NCBI GenBank assembly: GCA_964556665.1
Contig: CAZKXU010000006.1
Span: 1 to 61,618 of the forward strand
DNA from: an uncultured Bdellovibrionales bacterium
Lineage (GTDB): Bacteria > Bdellovibrionota_C > UBA2361 > CAZKXU01
Length of the DNA stretch: 61,618 bases
Reading direction: 5' to 3'
Shown: in pieces, positions 9,488-19,505 of the stretch
How the letters are laid out: the number at the start of each line of letters is the position of its first letter
Position numbering within the stretch: position 1 is the stretch's first letter
Notes under the pieces: generated by a model
What the model saw: the letters and a program-made list of their open reading frames with translations, nothing else
Told to the model about the DNA's origin: nothing
Database searches by the model: none
Translations under genes and position numbers: made by a program

Positions 9488-11122
9488 TTAGGTCGAATGG
9501 CTCTGCAGAGCCAGATCTGTATAATAAGACGCAATTCCTAAGTAAACTGCAATAAAGGTTGCGATGGCGGGTATCTGAAATGGAAAGTCAAAAAAGCTTC
9601 CAAATAGAAATCCTGTAATTCCTGAAAGAAGTCCTATCAGGATGTATTTTCGCGGAGCTGGGATTACTTTTATGGCTCTTAAAGAATAACGAAAAAATAG
9701 AAATACTAATGCGAGAAGCGGTAATACACCTACTAGACCGACCTCTGCAATGATCTGCAACGGATCGGAGTGTAAATAGACAGGGTTAATTCCTGAAATC
9801 TCAGTTGACATGTAGCTCGGAAAGGCTGCAGCCCAGCCGCCTATGCCTACTCCAAAGAGCGGATGTGCGGCGATCATCTTAAATGTATCTGCATAAAGAA
9901 CTGCTCGAATATCATCCGTAGTATACAAAAGGCCGTATTCAATACGAGCACCAACAAGCTCAGCACCTTTTTGATTGAGGAAAAGATAGAAAATAAATAA
10001 CGCGAAAAGAAAGGCGAGTGGTCTTATGAATCTCGCTGCAAGTGTGAAAAACCGCTCAATGTTGAATGTCCTATTCCGTTCCCGATTTCTAGAATGTTTG
10101 CGGCTACGAGGAACGGCATTGATATTAAGATCTAACTCCGAACTCGCCTGCGTAGTTTTCGGCTTGCTAAGATAACTTAGGAAAACAAAGGTGAGCATTC
10201 CAATACTGGTAGCTAGCCAGGTGCCGCGAGACAGAGTCGCCGCTATGGTTAGTAAAATAAGTAGAGCCACTACAGCAAATATCCCTGCTCGAATTAGACT
10301 TAGATGCAAGGTCACGTTGGAGATAATAGTGGTCCAAGCGCGCCTTCTCCTCTTATTTCCTATATCCAAACTTGTTCGCTTTAAACCATCAGTGCTGGCG
10401 AGAAATCGCCCCAAAGTAAGGAATAATGCAGGTACGAGAAAGTAGCCTAAATGATTGGGGTTAACAAACGGCCAACGCGCACGCTCCGATATAAAAACAG
10501 AGTCAGGCTCGAACATCCAAAACAGCTTGCCGTTATCGTAGAACCAGTGGCTTAAAGCTACGAAGCAGATGAGTGAGGTGATAAAGATTGTAAGACTGAT
10601 AAGGCTAATAGAATTGTTGCGTAATGATGCGCAATAAACCCGTGTCAGAGCAAATACTGCGAAGAACATTAATAATGATCTCAGCGCCGGAAGTAATGTA
10701 TCAAAATTGATGATCTTAGTATGACTACCTAATATCGGATGAGCTGAAGAGATTAGAGAAAACACTATAATTTGCAGAATCAGATAGCCAAGAAAAAGGA
10801 GTGCGCAGCTTTTTACTCCTGCTAATAATTTCGCTTTATTATCAAATATGTTGCCTAGAGCAGGAGCCGCAAAAATAAAGAGCATTAAAATTAAAGAGAA
10901 TGTAAGAATTTGGGCTGTAAGATAAACTCTTTGATGAACTGCGCCAAAGAGAATAGGCATGCTGAGCAATGTAAGCACGCCGCAGCTTTGAATCAATCGT
11001 GATAGCCAGTTAGGCAGCAAAGGCTTTTCGGGCAGTCTTGCATTTTTAATTCTCCAAGGAGCAGCATCCTGCTCTAAGACTAACTGTTCATATGCAACTT
11101 CATTTCTATCTGCTAAATTCAT
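9488..11122 (-). CDS. O-antigen ligase (Wzy_C) family membrane protein
   Basis: Multi-TM; PFVNPNH, TLSRG, HPLFGVGIG, YLHSDPLQ..AEVG..G, FDFPFQIP. Confidence 0.85.
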   Translation of the reverse strand: MNLADRNEVAYEQLVLEQDAAPWRIKNARLPEKPLLPNWLSRLIQSCGVLTLLSMPILFGAVHQRVYLTAQILTFSLILMLFIFAAPALGNIFDNKAKLLAGVKSCALLFLGYLILQIIVFSLISSAHPILGSHTKIINFDTLLPALRSLLMFFAVFALTRVYCASLRNNSISLISLTIFITSLICFVALSHWFYDNGKLFWMFEPDSVFISERARWPFVNPNHLGYFLVPALFLTLGRFLASTDGLKRTSLDIGNKRRRRAWTTIISNVTLHLSLIRAGIFAVVALLILLTIAATLSRGTWLATSIGMLTFVFLSYLSKPKTTQASSELDLNINAVPRSRKHSRNRERNRTFNIERFFTLAARFIRPLAFLFALFIFYLFLNQKGAELVGARIEYGLLYTTDDIRAVLYADTFKMIAAHPLFGVGIGGWAAAFPSYMSTEISGINPVYLHSDPLQIIAEVGLVGVLPLLALVFLFFRYSLRAIKVIPAPRKYILIGLLSGITGFLFGSFFDFPFQIPAIATFIAVYLGIASYYTDLALQSHST

Positions 11123-11736
11123 AAAGCTCCTTCGGCAAGTGTTTTGTGTAAAGTCATAGTTCTTTTGCGCAATGTATCGAGATCTGAGTCATTTTGAATC
11201 AAATAATCAGCAAGCTTCTCCTTCTGCGATGAGGGCAGTTGTGACCTTATTCGCCTTAACGCATCCTCCTTATCGCAACCATCCCGTTTAACGATGCGAT
11301 CAACTAATACCTCTTCTGTTGCTGAAACAACCACTGTTTTTTCGATCTCAGGAAACTTATGTCTAGCTTCGAACAGAAGAGGTACCACATACACGATAAT
11401 CGAATCTGCTTGACTGGATTTATACTCAGCAAGTCTTTTTTTGAAGAGGGAATTGATGAGGGGATGTAGGATTGATTCAACATGCTCCTTTGCAGCAGTA
11501 TCAGAAAAAATGAGACTCCCCAACTTCTTTCTATTAAGTGCTCCGTCTTGATTTATAATAGAGTCTCCAAATTTAGACTGTAGAGACTTTAATGCATTGC
11601 TCCCTGGAGCTACAACCTCTCTTGCCAGCTCATCCGCATCAATAATTTTACAGCCTAAACTCTGTAGAATTTTTGCGACCTCACTTTTACCTGAGCCGAT
11701 TGAGCCTGTAAGTCCTACAACCAAATGCCCTTTCAT
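11119..11736 (-). CDS. coaE: Dephospho-CoA kinase
   Basis: VGLTGSIGSGKS, IDAD..AR, LHP, VPLLFE, RIRSQ. Confidence 0.95.
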   Translation of the reverse strand: MKGHLVVGLTGSIGSGKSEVAKILQSLGCKIIDADELAREVVAPGSNALKSLQSKFGDSIINQDGALNRKKLGSLIFSDTAAKEHVESILHPLINSLFKKRLAEYKSSQADSIIVYVVPLLFEARHKFPEIEKTVVVSATEEVLVDRIVKRDGCDKEDALRRIRSQLPSSQKEKLADYLIQNDSDLDTLRKRTMTLHKTLAEGAL

Positions 11737-11767
11737 AGTAGTACCAACCTATGATACTACTATTCAT

Positions 11768-12202
11768 ATGGCAAATGAAGAAGATTCAAAAGAGCGAAGT
11801 AAGCCAGCAGTACGCGCAGAAGAGACGCGTGACGGTGGAAATAGTGGAGATGCTTTTAAGTCAGATCTTGATCGTCTCTTTAGCGACGTTAAGAAACGAG
11901 CGCAAGCAGCTAACCCTCGTCTTAGAACACAGCTAGCTGGCTCAATCCTTTTGGAGCTGACGGAGGATCAGAGTCGGTATTATATTGATGGTACAGAAGC
12001 GGCTCCAGCAATTGTACCACACTCCCCGGAGAAAGTCGCAGATTGTACAATCGCAATCTCTAAGAGGAATCTTTTTAAGGTTGCTGATGGTGAGCTTAAT
12101 CCGCAGATAGCAATGTTATCAGATAAAGTTAAGGTAAGTGGTAAGCTTGGACTAGCTGTTTATTTTTTCAATCTATTAGACCCGCGTAGAGATGACTATT
12201 GA
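11768..12202 (+). CDS. SCP2 sterol/lipid carrier domain protein
   Basis: ADCTIAIS...GELNPQIAMLSDKVKVSGKLGLA; start moved to ATG 11768 to avoid overlap with coaE. Confidence 0.8.
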   Translation: MANEEDSKERSKPAVRAEETRDGGNSGDAFKSDLDRLFSDVKKRAQAANPRLRTQLAGSILLELTEDQSRYYIDGTEAAPAIVPHSPEKVADCTIAISKRNLFKVADGELNPQIAMLSDKVKVSGKLGLAVYFFNLLDPRRDDY

Positions 12203-13203
12203 AGCTCGCGTGGCAGTAGTACCTCAAATATAGTCCCGTTAATCTTATCACTTCTAACCTCGACTTTACCGCCGAGTCCGTCAACTATAAGCTTAACAAT
12301 ATATAGCCCAAGACCGCTGCCGACTGTGCCGCTGCTGGTTGCGGCGCGTCGGTATCTTTCAAAAAGATGTGGTAGATCCTCAGCATCAATGACAACACCT
12401 GTATTTGTTATCGAGAGGATGGCGTTTGATCTATCTTTTTCATGAACACCGGTATGGATCAGTATTCTCTCAGATTTAGGAGTATATTTTAGTGCATTGC
12501 TAAAAAGGTTAGAGATTATACGCTCCAGATGAACCTTCTCGATCCGCAATCTAAGCTTCTCTTTACTAGGCTCAAATGCTAAAAGTGGATTGAACGGATC
12601 TTCGCGCCAAGTTGAGTCAATCACCGACCTGATAGTCTCATTTAGTTCGACGATTGTAGAGCTCTTTGGCAGGCCACGTAGGTCTAAATTTGTAAGGTGT
12701 TGATAGTTTCTTACTAGATCTACTGCTCTGGCAGCGGTGCCACGAATACGGGCGACCACATCGCGCTGCGCGGCATTGAATCCTGCACCTAGGGCGGTGT
12801 CTAGTAGAGTGTCTGCATATCCAAAGATTGCGCCTAATGGATTTTTAATGTCATGCGCTACTGTTGCCAGGAGCTCCTCTTTCTCCTCATAGGAAGTGGC
12901 ATACGAGTCAGAAAAGCTAAAGGCCAAGAGCTGCTCGTCGCTATCCGGATCTCCGCTGCTCATATCTATCGGAACGACCGAGAGGCGCTTTCCCTGTAGC
13001 TTTCCGTAATCTAAGGAGATATCGAAAACCGTAAGTGCGGGATTAAGCCTAACCTCATTAAGCTTATTTTGCAGCTGTTGAGGCAGACACTCCTTTATGT
13101 CAAAATATTCAGCTGCCGCCTGATTTGCCCAAAGTATCTCTTTGCCCTTGATAAGCATAAGAGGATTTCTGCTATCAGATAAGGTATTAGTAATTTTTTC
13201 CAT
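12196..13203 (-). CDS. Cytoplasmic sensor histidine kinase
   Basis: H-box AHDIKNPL, N-box NLFSNALKY, LFERY, GSGLGL; no TM segment. Confidence 0.9.
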   Translation of the reverse strand: MEKITNTLSDSRNPLMLIKGKEILWANQAAAEYFDIKECLPQQLQNKLNEVRLNPALTVFDISLDYGKLQGKRLSVVPIDMSSGDPDSDEQLLAFSFSDSYATSYEEKEELLATVAHDIKNPLGAIFGYADTLLDTALGAGFNAAQRDVVARIRGTAARAVDLVRNYQHLTNLDLRGLPKSSTIVELNETIRSVIDSTWREDPFNPLLAFEPSKEKLRLRIEKVHLERIISNLFSNALKYTPKSERILIHTGVHEKDRSNAILSITNTGVVIDAEDLPHLFERYRRAATSSGTVGSGLGLYIVKLIVDGLGGKVEVRSDKINGTIFEVLLPRELQ

Positions 13204-13241
13204 CTATTGCATCTTAAATTCGACCTACTATTATTACAATC

Positions 13242-14453
13242 ATGGAATTTAATAGCCTTTCATGGCTCAATAACAACTCTCTGGAAGCTCTTAACCGGTT
13301 TAGAGGGAAGGATTTCACTGCTGACGAGAGTCTTCTCGATCTCTCAATGATTAATCCTGATATCCCACCGCCAAGGCTTGCGCTCGACAAGCTGACTGAG
13401 GCATCTCTAAATCCAACTAATCATCGTTACTCAAGCTCACGCGGCATTCGAAAACTTAGAGATGCATTTGCACAGAAGTACAGTAGCGCTTTTGCGGTAA
13501 CACTGGATTCGGAAGAGGAGGTTCTAGTTACTCTTGGATGTAAGGATGCGTTTCGTTCAGCCTTAAAGATCTTTGCTCTGCATGGATTCTCTGCACTGCT
13601 TTTCACTCCGACCTATCCGGCCCATCTCTCGGCTGTCTTGCTCAATGGAATGAAACATAGTTTTTGTTCCTTCATTCGACCTAAAGAGGTTGGCAGTAAA
13701 GAGTTACGCCGTCCTAGCGAACCGGACTTTGAAGAGATAGAAAGAAAAATAAAAGAGCTTGGGCCATCTGTTATTATCTTAAACTTCCCCTCAAATCCAA
13801 CAGGAGAGTTACCTCCTCAAGGTTTTTATCGAAAATTATTAGAGGTTGCCTCCCGTAACGGCAGTTTTATTCTTAATGACTTTACTTACGGTGAGATGGG
13901 ATTTAAAGAGCAACCCGAAAGCTTACTCTCTTTATTTGATAACCCCGAGCTTCCATTGGCAGAGGTCTATAGTCTTTCTAAGGCCTACTCTGTACCTGGC
14001 TGGAGAGTAGGAGCGCTGCTCGGCAACAGAAAATTAGTTAGGACCGTAACTAAACTTAAATCACACCAGGATTACGGAGTATTTCTAGGAACACAGATAG
14101 CAGCTACTGCGCTCTTAAATGGAAAGTATGAGCGCTCTATAGTCAACACCTATCAACGTCGCATAAATTGCCTTAGTGTTGGCCTGCGTGACTTAGGATG
14201 GGCAATGGTTGAGCCGGCAGCTGGTGCTTCTTTATGGGCAAAGTTCCCGGAACGATATTTTAAATTAGGTTCGGTTGGTTTTGCAAAGAAGCTCATAGAG
14301 GAGGTGCATATTGCAGCGTTGCCAGGTATAGTATTCGGTAAAGACTTTGATCAATATATTAGATTTGCACTCGTAGTAGATGAGCGTTCTATACATGAGG
14401 TGCTTACGCGACTTGGAAGGTTAGCAGATGAAAATAGCAAAAGTAACTCGTAG
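13242..14453 (+). CDS. PLP-dependent class I/II aminotransferase (AlaC-like)
   Basis: NFPSNPTG, DFTY, SLSKAYSVPGWRVG, PG..FG...YIRFAL. Confidence 0.88.
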   Translation: MEFNSLSWLNNNSLEALNRFRGKDFTADESLLDLSMINPDIPPPRLALDKLTEASLNPTNHRYSSSRGIRKLRDAFAQKYSSAFAVTLDSEEEVLVTLGCKDAFRSALKIFALHGFSALLFTPTYPAHLSAVLLNGMKHSFCSFIRPKEVGSKELRRPSEPDFEEIERKIKELGPSVIILNFPSNPTGELPPQGFYRKLLEVASRNGSFILNDFTYGEMGFKEQPESLLSLFDNPELPLAEVYSLSKAYSVPGWRVGALLGNRKLVRTVTKLKSHQDYGVFLGTQIAATALLNGKYERSIVNTYQRRINCLSVGLRDLGWAMVEPAAGASLWAKFPERYFKLGSVGFAKKLIEEVHIAALPGIVFGKDFDQYIRFALVVDERSIHEVLTRLGRLADENSKSNS

Positions 14454-14469
14454 TGAGGTAGGGGGATAT

Positions 14470-15612
14470 ATGACGGAAAAATCGATTCTTTACAAGGCAG
14501 CACTATTCAATATTTTATTATTTATACCTACATTTTCAGCACTTGCCGATTGCAGTGAAGCTGCAAAGCTTGTTAGGCAGGGGATAGCATTGGGTGACGG
14601 GTCTAAGCAGGAGGAGCAGTTCTATAGAGATGCTATAACTAGTTGTTCTTCTATTCCTGAGGCGCATTACAACTTAGGGTTAGTGCTGCTTAAGCAGAAG
14701 CAAAATGAGGAGTCCCTTAAGAGTCTTCAGGCTGCCACGGCTATCCGTGATGATGCGCGCTTCCGTATCGCTGCTGGCAATCTTCTGCTTGAACAAGACA
14801 AACCTGATCTCGCAAAAATAGAATACGAAAAAGCGCTTGAGTTAGATCCGAAAAATGTGTCAGCGCTGCAAGGTTTAAGTGTTATTTATGAAAGAAGCGG
14901 TGCCTTTGATAAAGCACTTGAATATCTAAATAAAGCCTCTGCGCTTGAGAGTAAAAATTCGATCACATTATTTAATCAGGCGGTTGTATATGAGAAGAGT
15001 AACCGTCTTGAGGCGGCGGTTTCGTCATATGAGAAGGTGCTTGAGATCGATTCAAAACATTTTCAGGCGGCGCTACATCTTGGACTTTGTTATCAGAATC
15101 TTGGACGAGTCGAGGAAAGTATCAAGGCATTGATGCAGGCTCAGCAGATTAACCCGCAAAGTGTCGAAGTCTATCGCGCGCTTGGGGTCTCGTATGAGAA
15201 GATCGAAGACTATGATCGAGCTGAGGACTCTCTGCGTAAGGCCTTGGCCGTTGACCCGGGAGATCTCTTAAGCAAGACAAATCTAGGAATAGTACTTGTG
15301 AACAAGAAGCAGGAGAGCTTAGCCCTGCCATATCTAGAAGATGTCATTAGATCAGATTCTTCAAACACTAAAGCCCTGACAGCCTTAGGCTGGGCAGCTA
15401 TGGAGCTAGGAAAATATGAGAAGGCGGAGGAGACCTTGAAGAAGGCACTCGAGATCGACGCAACGAATGCACTTGCGCATAATAATTTAGGAGTGCTCTA
15501 TCAGCGTACGCAGAGAACAGAGGAGGCTAAGAAAGAGTTCAAATCAGCTTTGCGTCTAGATCCGGAGCTAGAAGCCGCAAAGCAGAACGTACAGCAATTC
15601 GTAGGAAACTAA
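14470..15612 (+). CDS. Exported TPR-repeat protein
   Basis: Repeated TPR consensus (AHYNLG, ALELDP, AHNNLG); signal peptide ending SALA; RBS gaggtagggg before ATG 14470. Confidence 0.88.
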   Translation: MTEKSILYKAALFNILLFIPTFSALADCSEAAKLVRQGIALGDGSKQEEQFYRDAITSCSSIPEAHYNLGLVLLKQKQNEESLKSLQAATAIRDDARFRIAAGNLLLEQDKPDLAKIEYEKALELDPKNVSALQGLSVIYERSGAFDKALEYLNKASALESKNSITLFNQAVVYEKSNRLEAAVSSYEKVLEIDSKHFQAALHLGLCYQNLGRVEESIKALMQAQQINPQSVEVYRALGVSYEKIEDYDRAEDSLRKALAVDPGDLLSKTNLGIVLVNKKQESLALPYLEDVIRSDSSNTKALTALGWAAMELGKYEKAEETLKKALEIDATNALAHNNLGVLYQRTQRTEEAKKEFKSALRLDPELEAAKQNVQQFVGN

Positions 15613-15766
15613 ACTATTGAAATTCCCCGTGTTTATTTGAAAATATTTGGTAACCGTAACCGTTTACTGGGGGACACCAAGTTTAGTAAAGGCGCCTTTC
15701 TTGGTAAACAAATTTAGAAACCTAAGAATCAAACAGGTAATTAAGATTTGGCTCTTCACGGAAGTA

Positions 15767-15805
15767 AGTGGGTAAAAAGTAGTCAAAAAAGTCTTTTTAC
15801 CCACT
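15767..15805. promoter_or_regulatory. Perfect 13-bp inverted repeat upstream of the methyltransferase-like gene
   Basis: agtgggtaaaaag-13 nt-ctttttacccact. Confidence 0.45.
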
Positions 15806-15990
15806 CGAAGGAGAGATGACCCTAATATTTTTTCCAGCAAAATCGCGGCCTTAAAAAAAAGATAACGGCTCACTCTGGACTATTAAAACATTTGGGATAG
15901 CGTGATTCTTAATTGCTAGGTAGCATAGGCTGAGTAGTAAGGTTTTATCTGTTTTACTCTTAAAGATTTTATTGATCCAAGGAGGCAGGT

Positions 15991-17154
15991 TTGGCGCGTC
16001 CAGCATTAAGATTAGTTGAAAGTACTCCCCATTATAGTAAGGAAGCTGAGCTTTTTGTATCTAATTCGGAAGAGAGTCACTCTTTGCATCAAGCTATCTC
16101 TTTCCCGGGTACATACCGTTCAGAGATATCTAATCACTTTATAAAAAAATACAGTAAGCCAGGGGATCGGGTACTCGATCCGTTCTGTGGAGCGGGCACC
16201 TCTATGCTAGAGGCTGTGCTGCTTGGGCGTGTCGCCTTGGCATCAGATATGAATCCTTTAGCAGTTAGAATTACGACTGCTAAGATCTTCCCGGCGGACC
16301 TAACAGAGGTGACTCTTAGGCTGCAGCAGCTCTCACTTAGAAGGCCAATCGATGCTAAGCTTTATCGAGGTTTTGAGCAGTTCTATGATCTTGATACTTT
16401 TCGCGAGCTCGTTAATTTACGATTAGCGCTTAATCAAAATTACGATCGAGTAGCACGTTTTGTAGAGCTTGTGACACTCTCCCTGTTGCACGGACATACC
16501 TCCGGATACTTTTCTGTTTATACATTTCCTCAAATCGCTCTTTCGGTAGCTGAGCAGCGGCAATTAAATGATCGCAGAGCTCAGACTCCGGATTATAGAG
16601 CGGTCGCACCGCGTATTATCCGCAAGACAGCTGCTATTCTGAGGGATGGACTCCCGTCCATTATTCGACAGCTGCAGTCAAAGGGCAGGATATTTGAATC
16701 TGACCCACGCGATCTAGGTTCGATTCCAGCAGGCTCTGTTAATCTTGTCGTAACCAAGCCGCCTTATCCATTTAGCCAGCTAGCGGAGGAGCTGTGGCTT
16801 AAGAATTGGTTCGCAGGGATAGGTGAGAATTCTCATGTTCGTGCGGCTCAAAGCTTCGATAGTATAGAGCAATGGCGGGAGTACATGAACGAAACGCTCT
16901 TGGAGCTAGCACGGGTCGTAGCCCCCGGAGGTCGAGCTTGTTTCCAGCTTAAAGAGGTTCGTGGTTCTGGGCAGACTCATTACTTGGATAGGGAGATTGT
17001 AGAGATAGTAACGCAGGGCCTCTCGGCTTATTGGGATGCTGAGTGCACTCTTATTAATACCGAAAAAATGCCAGCCTTAAAAGAATGTGAGGGGCAGCGC
17101 GACCAGAGGAAGGTTGCTGAGCGTATCCGTATTTTAGTGCTAAGACGCAGGTAG
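15991..17154 (+). CDS. Orphan N4/N6 DNA-methyltransferase-like protein with atypical motif IV (KPPY)
   Basis: Motif I VLDPFCGAGT, SDMNP, VNLVVTKPPY, ELARVVAPGG; ggagg RBS before TTG. Confidence 0.8.
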   Translation: MARPALRLVESTPHYSKEAELFVSNSEESHSLHQAISFPGTYRSEISNHFIKKYSKPGDRVLDPFCGAGTSMLEAVLLGRVALASDMNPLAVRITTAKIFPADLTEVTLRLQQLSLRRPIDAKLYRGFEQFYDLDTFRELVNLRLALNQNYDRVARFVELVTLSLLHGHTSGYFSVYTFPQIALSVAEQRQLNDRRAQTPDYRAVAPRIIRKTAAILRDGLPSIIRQLQSKGRIFESDPRDLGSIPAGSVNLVVTKPPYPFSQLAEELWLKNWFAGIGENSHVRAAQSFDSIEQWREYMNETLLELARVVAPGGRACFQLKEVRGSGQTHYLDREIVEIVTQGLSAYWDAECTLINTEKMPALKECEGQRDQRKVAERIRILVLRRR

Positions 17155-17204
17155 TGCCGAAAACTAAGTGTCAAAAGCTTTAGACTCATGCTACTTTACC
17201 AGGC

Positions 17205-17753
17205 ATGAATGGAGATAAGGTAAAAAAGTTTATGCAATTAGCCGGGCAACCGCTTGGCAATGCCAATTCAGATTCGCCTCAGCTACGTAGTCTAGGGGCT
17301 CAACTTCTTCTATCTGAGGTGCTGGAATATATTATTCATGGACTCGGAGTGACACCTGAGATCGGGGGAGTTAGGATAGTAGAGCCGGAGAAGGTGCATT
17401 ATCATCCAGATGCTCCGACTGACCGGTTAGAGATGTTGGATGGGTTATCGGATGTGGCCTATACGATGTACTGGAATATGCACGCTTTTGGCCTGCGCTT
17501 GGAGGAGGCCTTCGAACTTGTCTCTGATAATAATTTAGAAAAGTTTGTAAAACTCAAGCAGGGGAGTTTTGCAGCAGGGCCGATCGAGGCGCAACGCTGG
17601 CATTGCGAGCGCTCGGTTACTTGGCCAGCTGAAGTAGTTGAAGTGATATGCGTTGACGTTGCAGGTGAGCTTTATGCCGTGGGAAAGGATAAGAGCGGTA
17701 AGGTAAGAAAGCCATCTTCTTATGCAGCAGTTAAATTGGAGTCTTTAATCTAA
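17205..17753 (+). CDS. MazG/PRA-PH-like all-alpha NTP pyrophosphohydrolase
   Basis: KVKKFM, LLSEVLEY, EMLDGLSDVAY, AFELV..NNLEK, GKVRKP. Confidence 0.7.
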   Translation: MNGDKVKKFMQLAGQPLGNANSDSPQLRSLGAQLLLSEVLEYIIHGLGVTPEIGGVRIVEPEKVHYHPDAPTDRLEMLDGLSDVAYTMYWNMHAFGLRLEEAFELVSDNNLEKFVKLKQGSFAAGPIEAQRWHCERSVTWPAEVVEVICVDVAGELYAVGKDKSGKVRKPSSYAAVKLESLI

Positions 17754-17765
17754 GGGAATATTATT

Positions 17766-19166
17766 ATGGAAAAAGCACAAGTCGGAATGGTTGGTCTTGC
17801 GGTCATGGGACAGAACTTAATCAGGAACGTAGAGAGTCGTGGCTATCGCTGTGCTGTCTATAATAGATCTTATGATGTCAGCGCAGCTTTTATGAAAAGT
17901 TTTGGAACAGGTAAATTTGTGGCTGCTAAAACCTTAGAAGAGTTAGTAGCTGCGCTTGAGCGCCCACGCAAGATCTTAATTATGGTAAAGGCAGGAGCGC
18001 CTGTGGATGGGGTAATAGATGGGCTTTTGCCGTTGCTGGAAAAAGGTGATGTGCTGATTGAAGGTGGAAATAGTTATTTCACAGATACTGCACGCAGACA
18101 GAAGAATTGCGCAGCTAAGGGGATTGAGTTCGTTGGTATGGGAGTCTCAGGAGGTGAGGAGGGTGCGCTCAAAGGACCAAGTTTGATGCCGGGTGGAGAG
18201 CGCGAGGCCTGCATGAAGATTATGCCGGTATTGCAAAAGATTGCAGCGCAGGCAGGTGGTGCCTGTGTCGATTATATGGGGCCAGAGGGAGCAGGGCACT
18301 TTGTAAAGATGATTCATAACGGTATTGAGTATGGTGATATGCAGCTTATTGCGGAGGCTTATGACTGCCTGCGTACAGTATTGGGTACCAAGCCACCCGA
18401 GCTTGGAGATATCTTTGAGAGCTGGAACAAGGGACCCTTATCGTCATTTTTGATCGAGATAACACAGAATATTTTTAGACGTAAGGATGATGAAGGCTCA
18501 GGATTTTTGGTCGACATGATTCTTGATAAGACCGGTCAAAAAGGAACCGGAAAGTGGACTTCGCAGATAGCTTTAGACCTAGCTGTGCCAATTCCTACTA
18601 TCTTCGCAGCGGTTGATGCAAGAACTATCTCTGGACTTCGAGATCAGAGGGTCGCAGCCTCAAAGCTGTATCCGGCGCCGCAGACAAAGCCGTATAGTGG
18701 AGATAGGAGTAAGTTTATAGCAGCGGTACATGACGCGCTGTATTGCTCTAAGATCATGTCGTATGCACAGGGAATGTCGATCCTTAGTGCGGCATCTACT
18801 GCATACAGTTGGAATCTTGATCTAGGAGCTATCGCCTCGATCTGGCGCGGTGGTTGTATAATACGTGCCAAGTTCTTGGAGCTTATAAAACAGGCATACT
18901 CATCGGCTAATAAACCTGCAAATCTTATCTTTGATCCTACAATCAAAGAGGAGCTTAGCTCTAGGGTGCATAGTCTACGTGAGATAGTTTCCGTTGGATA
19001 TCAGTACGGGCTACCGCTCTTTGCCTTTGGTGGTTCACTAAATTATTATGATGCCTACCGCACGGAGAATTTGCCGCTTAACCTTACGCAGGCACAGCGC
19101 GACTATTTTGGTGCGCACACTTATGAGCGACGGGATAAGTCAGGAGTATTTCATAGTAAGTGGTAG
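17766..19166 (+). CDS. gnd: NADP-dependent 6-phosphogluconate dehydrogenase
   Basis: GLAVMG, YNRS, GGNS, GVSGGEEGA, VKMIHNGIEYGDMQ, QAQRDYFGAHTY. Confidence 0.97.
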   Translation: MEKAQVGMVGLAVMGQNLIRNVESRGYRCAVYNRSYDVSAAFMKSFGTGKFVAAKTLEELVAALERPRKILIMVKAGAPVDGVIDGLLPLLEKGDVLIEGGNSYFTDTARRQKNCAAKGIEFVGMGVSGGEEGALKGPSLMPGGEREACMKIMPVLQKIAAQAGGACVDYMGPEGAGHFVKMIHNGIEYGDMQLIAEAYDCLRTVLGTKPPELGDIFESWNKGPLSSFLIEITQNIFRRKDDEGSGFLVDMILDKTGQKGTGKWTSQIALDLAVPIPTIFAAVDARTISGLRDQRVAASKLYPAPQTKPYSGDRSKFIAAVHDALYCSKIMSYAQGMSILSAASTAYSWNLDLGAIASIWRGGCIIRAKFLELIKQAYSSANKPANLIFDPTIKEELSSRVHSLREIVSVGYQYGLPLFAFGGSLNYYDAYRTENLPLNLTQAQRDYFGAHTYERRDKSGVFHSKW

Positions 19167-19188
19167 TATTGAGTAGTTACCTAAAAAC

Positions 19189-19295
19189 GTATTAGCTCAT
19201 TAAGTGTGGGTATTCTCTTTGTCCTAGTGCTCATCTTTTCCGACAAAAGACAAAGACTGGGACTAGGAGATTGCCCCCACTTAATGAGTAATTAC
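19189..19295. repeat. MITE-like element with GTAATTACTCA-type terminal inverted repeats and an internal hairpin
   Basis: gtattagctcattaagtgtggg ... ccccacttaatgagtaattac; ends related to the wrapper at 8277-8397. Confidence 0.65.
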
Positions 19296-19505
19296 CATAA
19301 ATACAATCTAACCTCCTAATAATCCTATATATTTTTTATTACCATATGACGGTTTGAGTTGTTAGGTTAAAGGTGCTATGATTCTTACGTCTGTCGGTCC
19401 TCCCTGAATTTAAGTAGCCCAGTTCTTGGGGTATTTAATTCCGAACCATTGTGATGTTTTTTGGTTCTCTGGTCGTTTTACTGGGGTGATCGCGGTTGTA
19501 TTTTT

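Noticed and set aside
11597-11767. N-terminal extensions given by the ORF track (SCP2 gene; likewise rimP, infB, rbfA, scoA)
   Set aside because: They overlap other genes or repeats; downstream ATGs fit family N-termini better.
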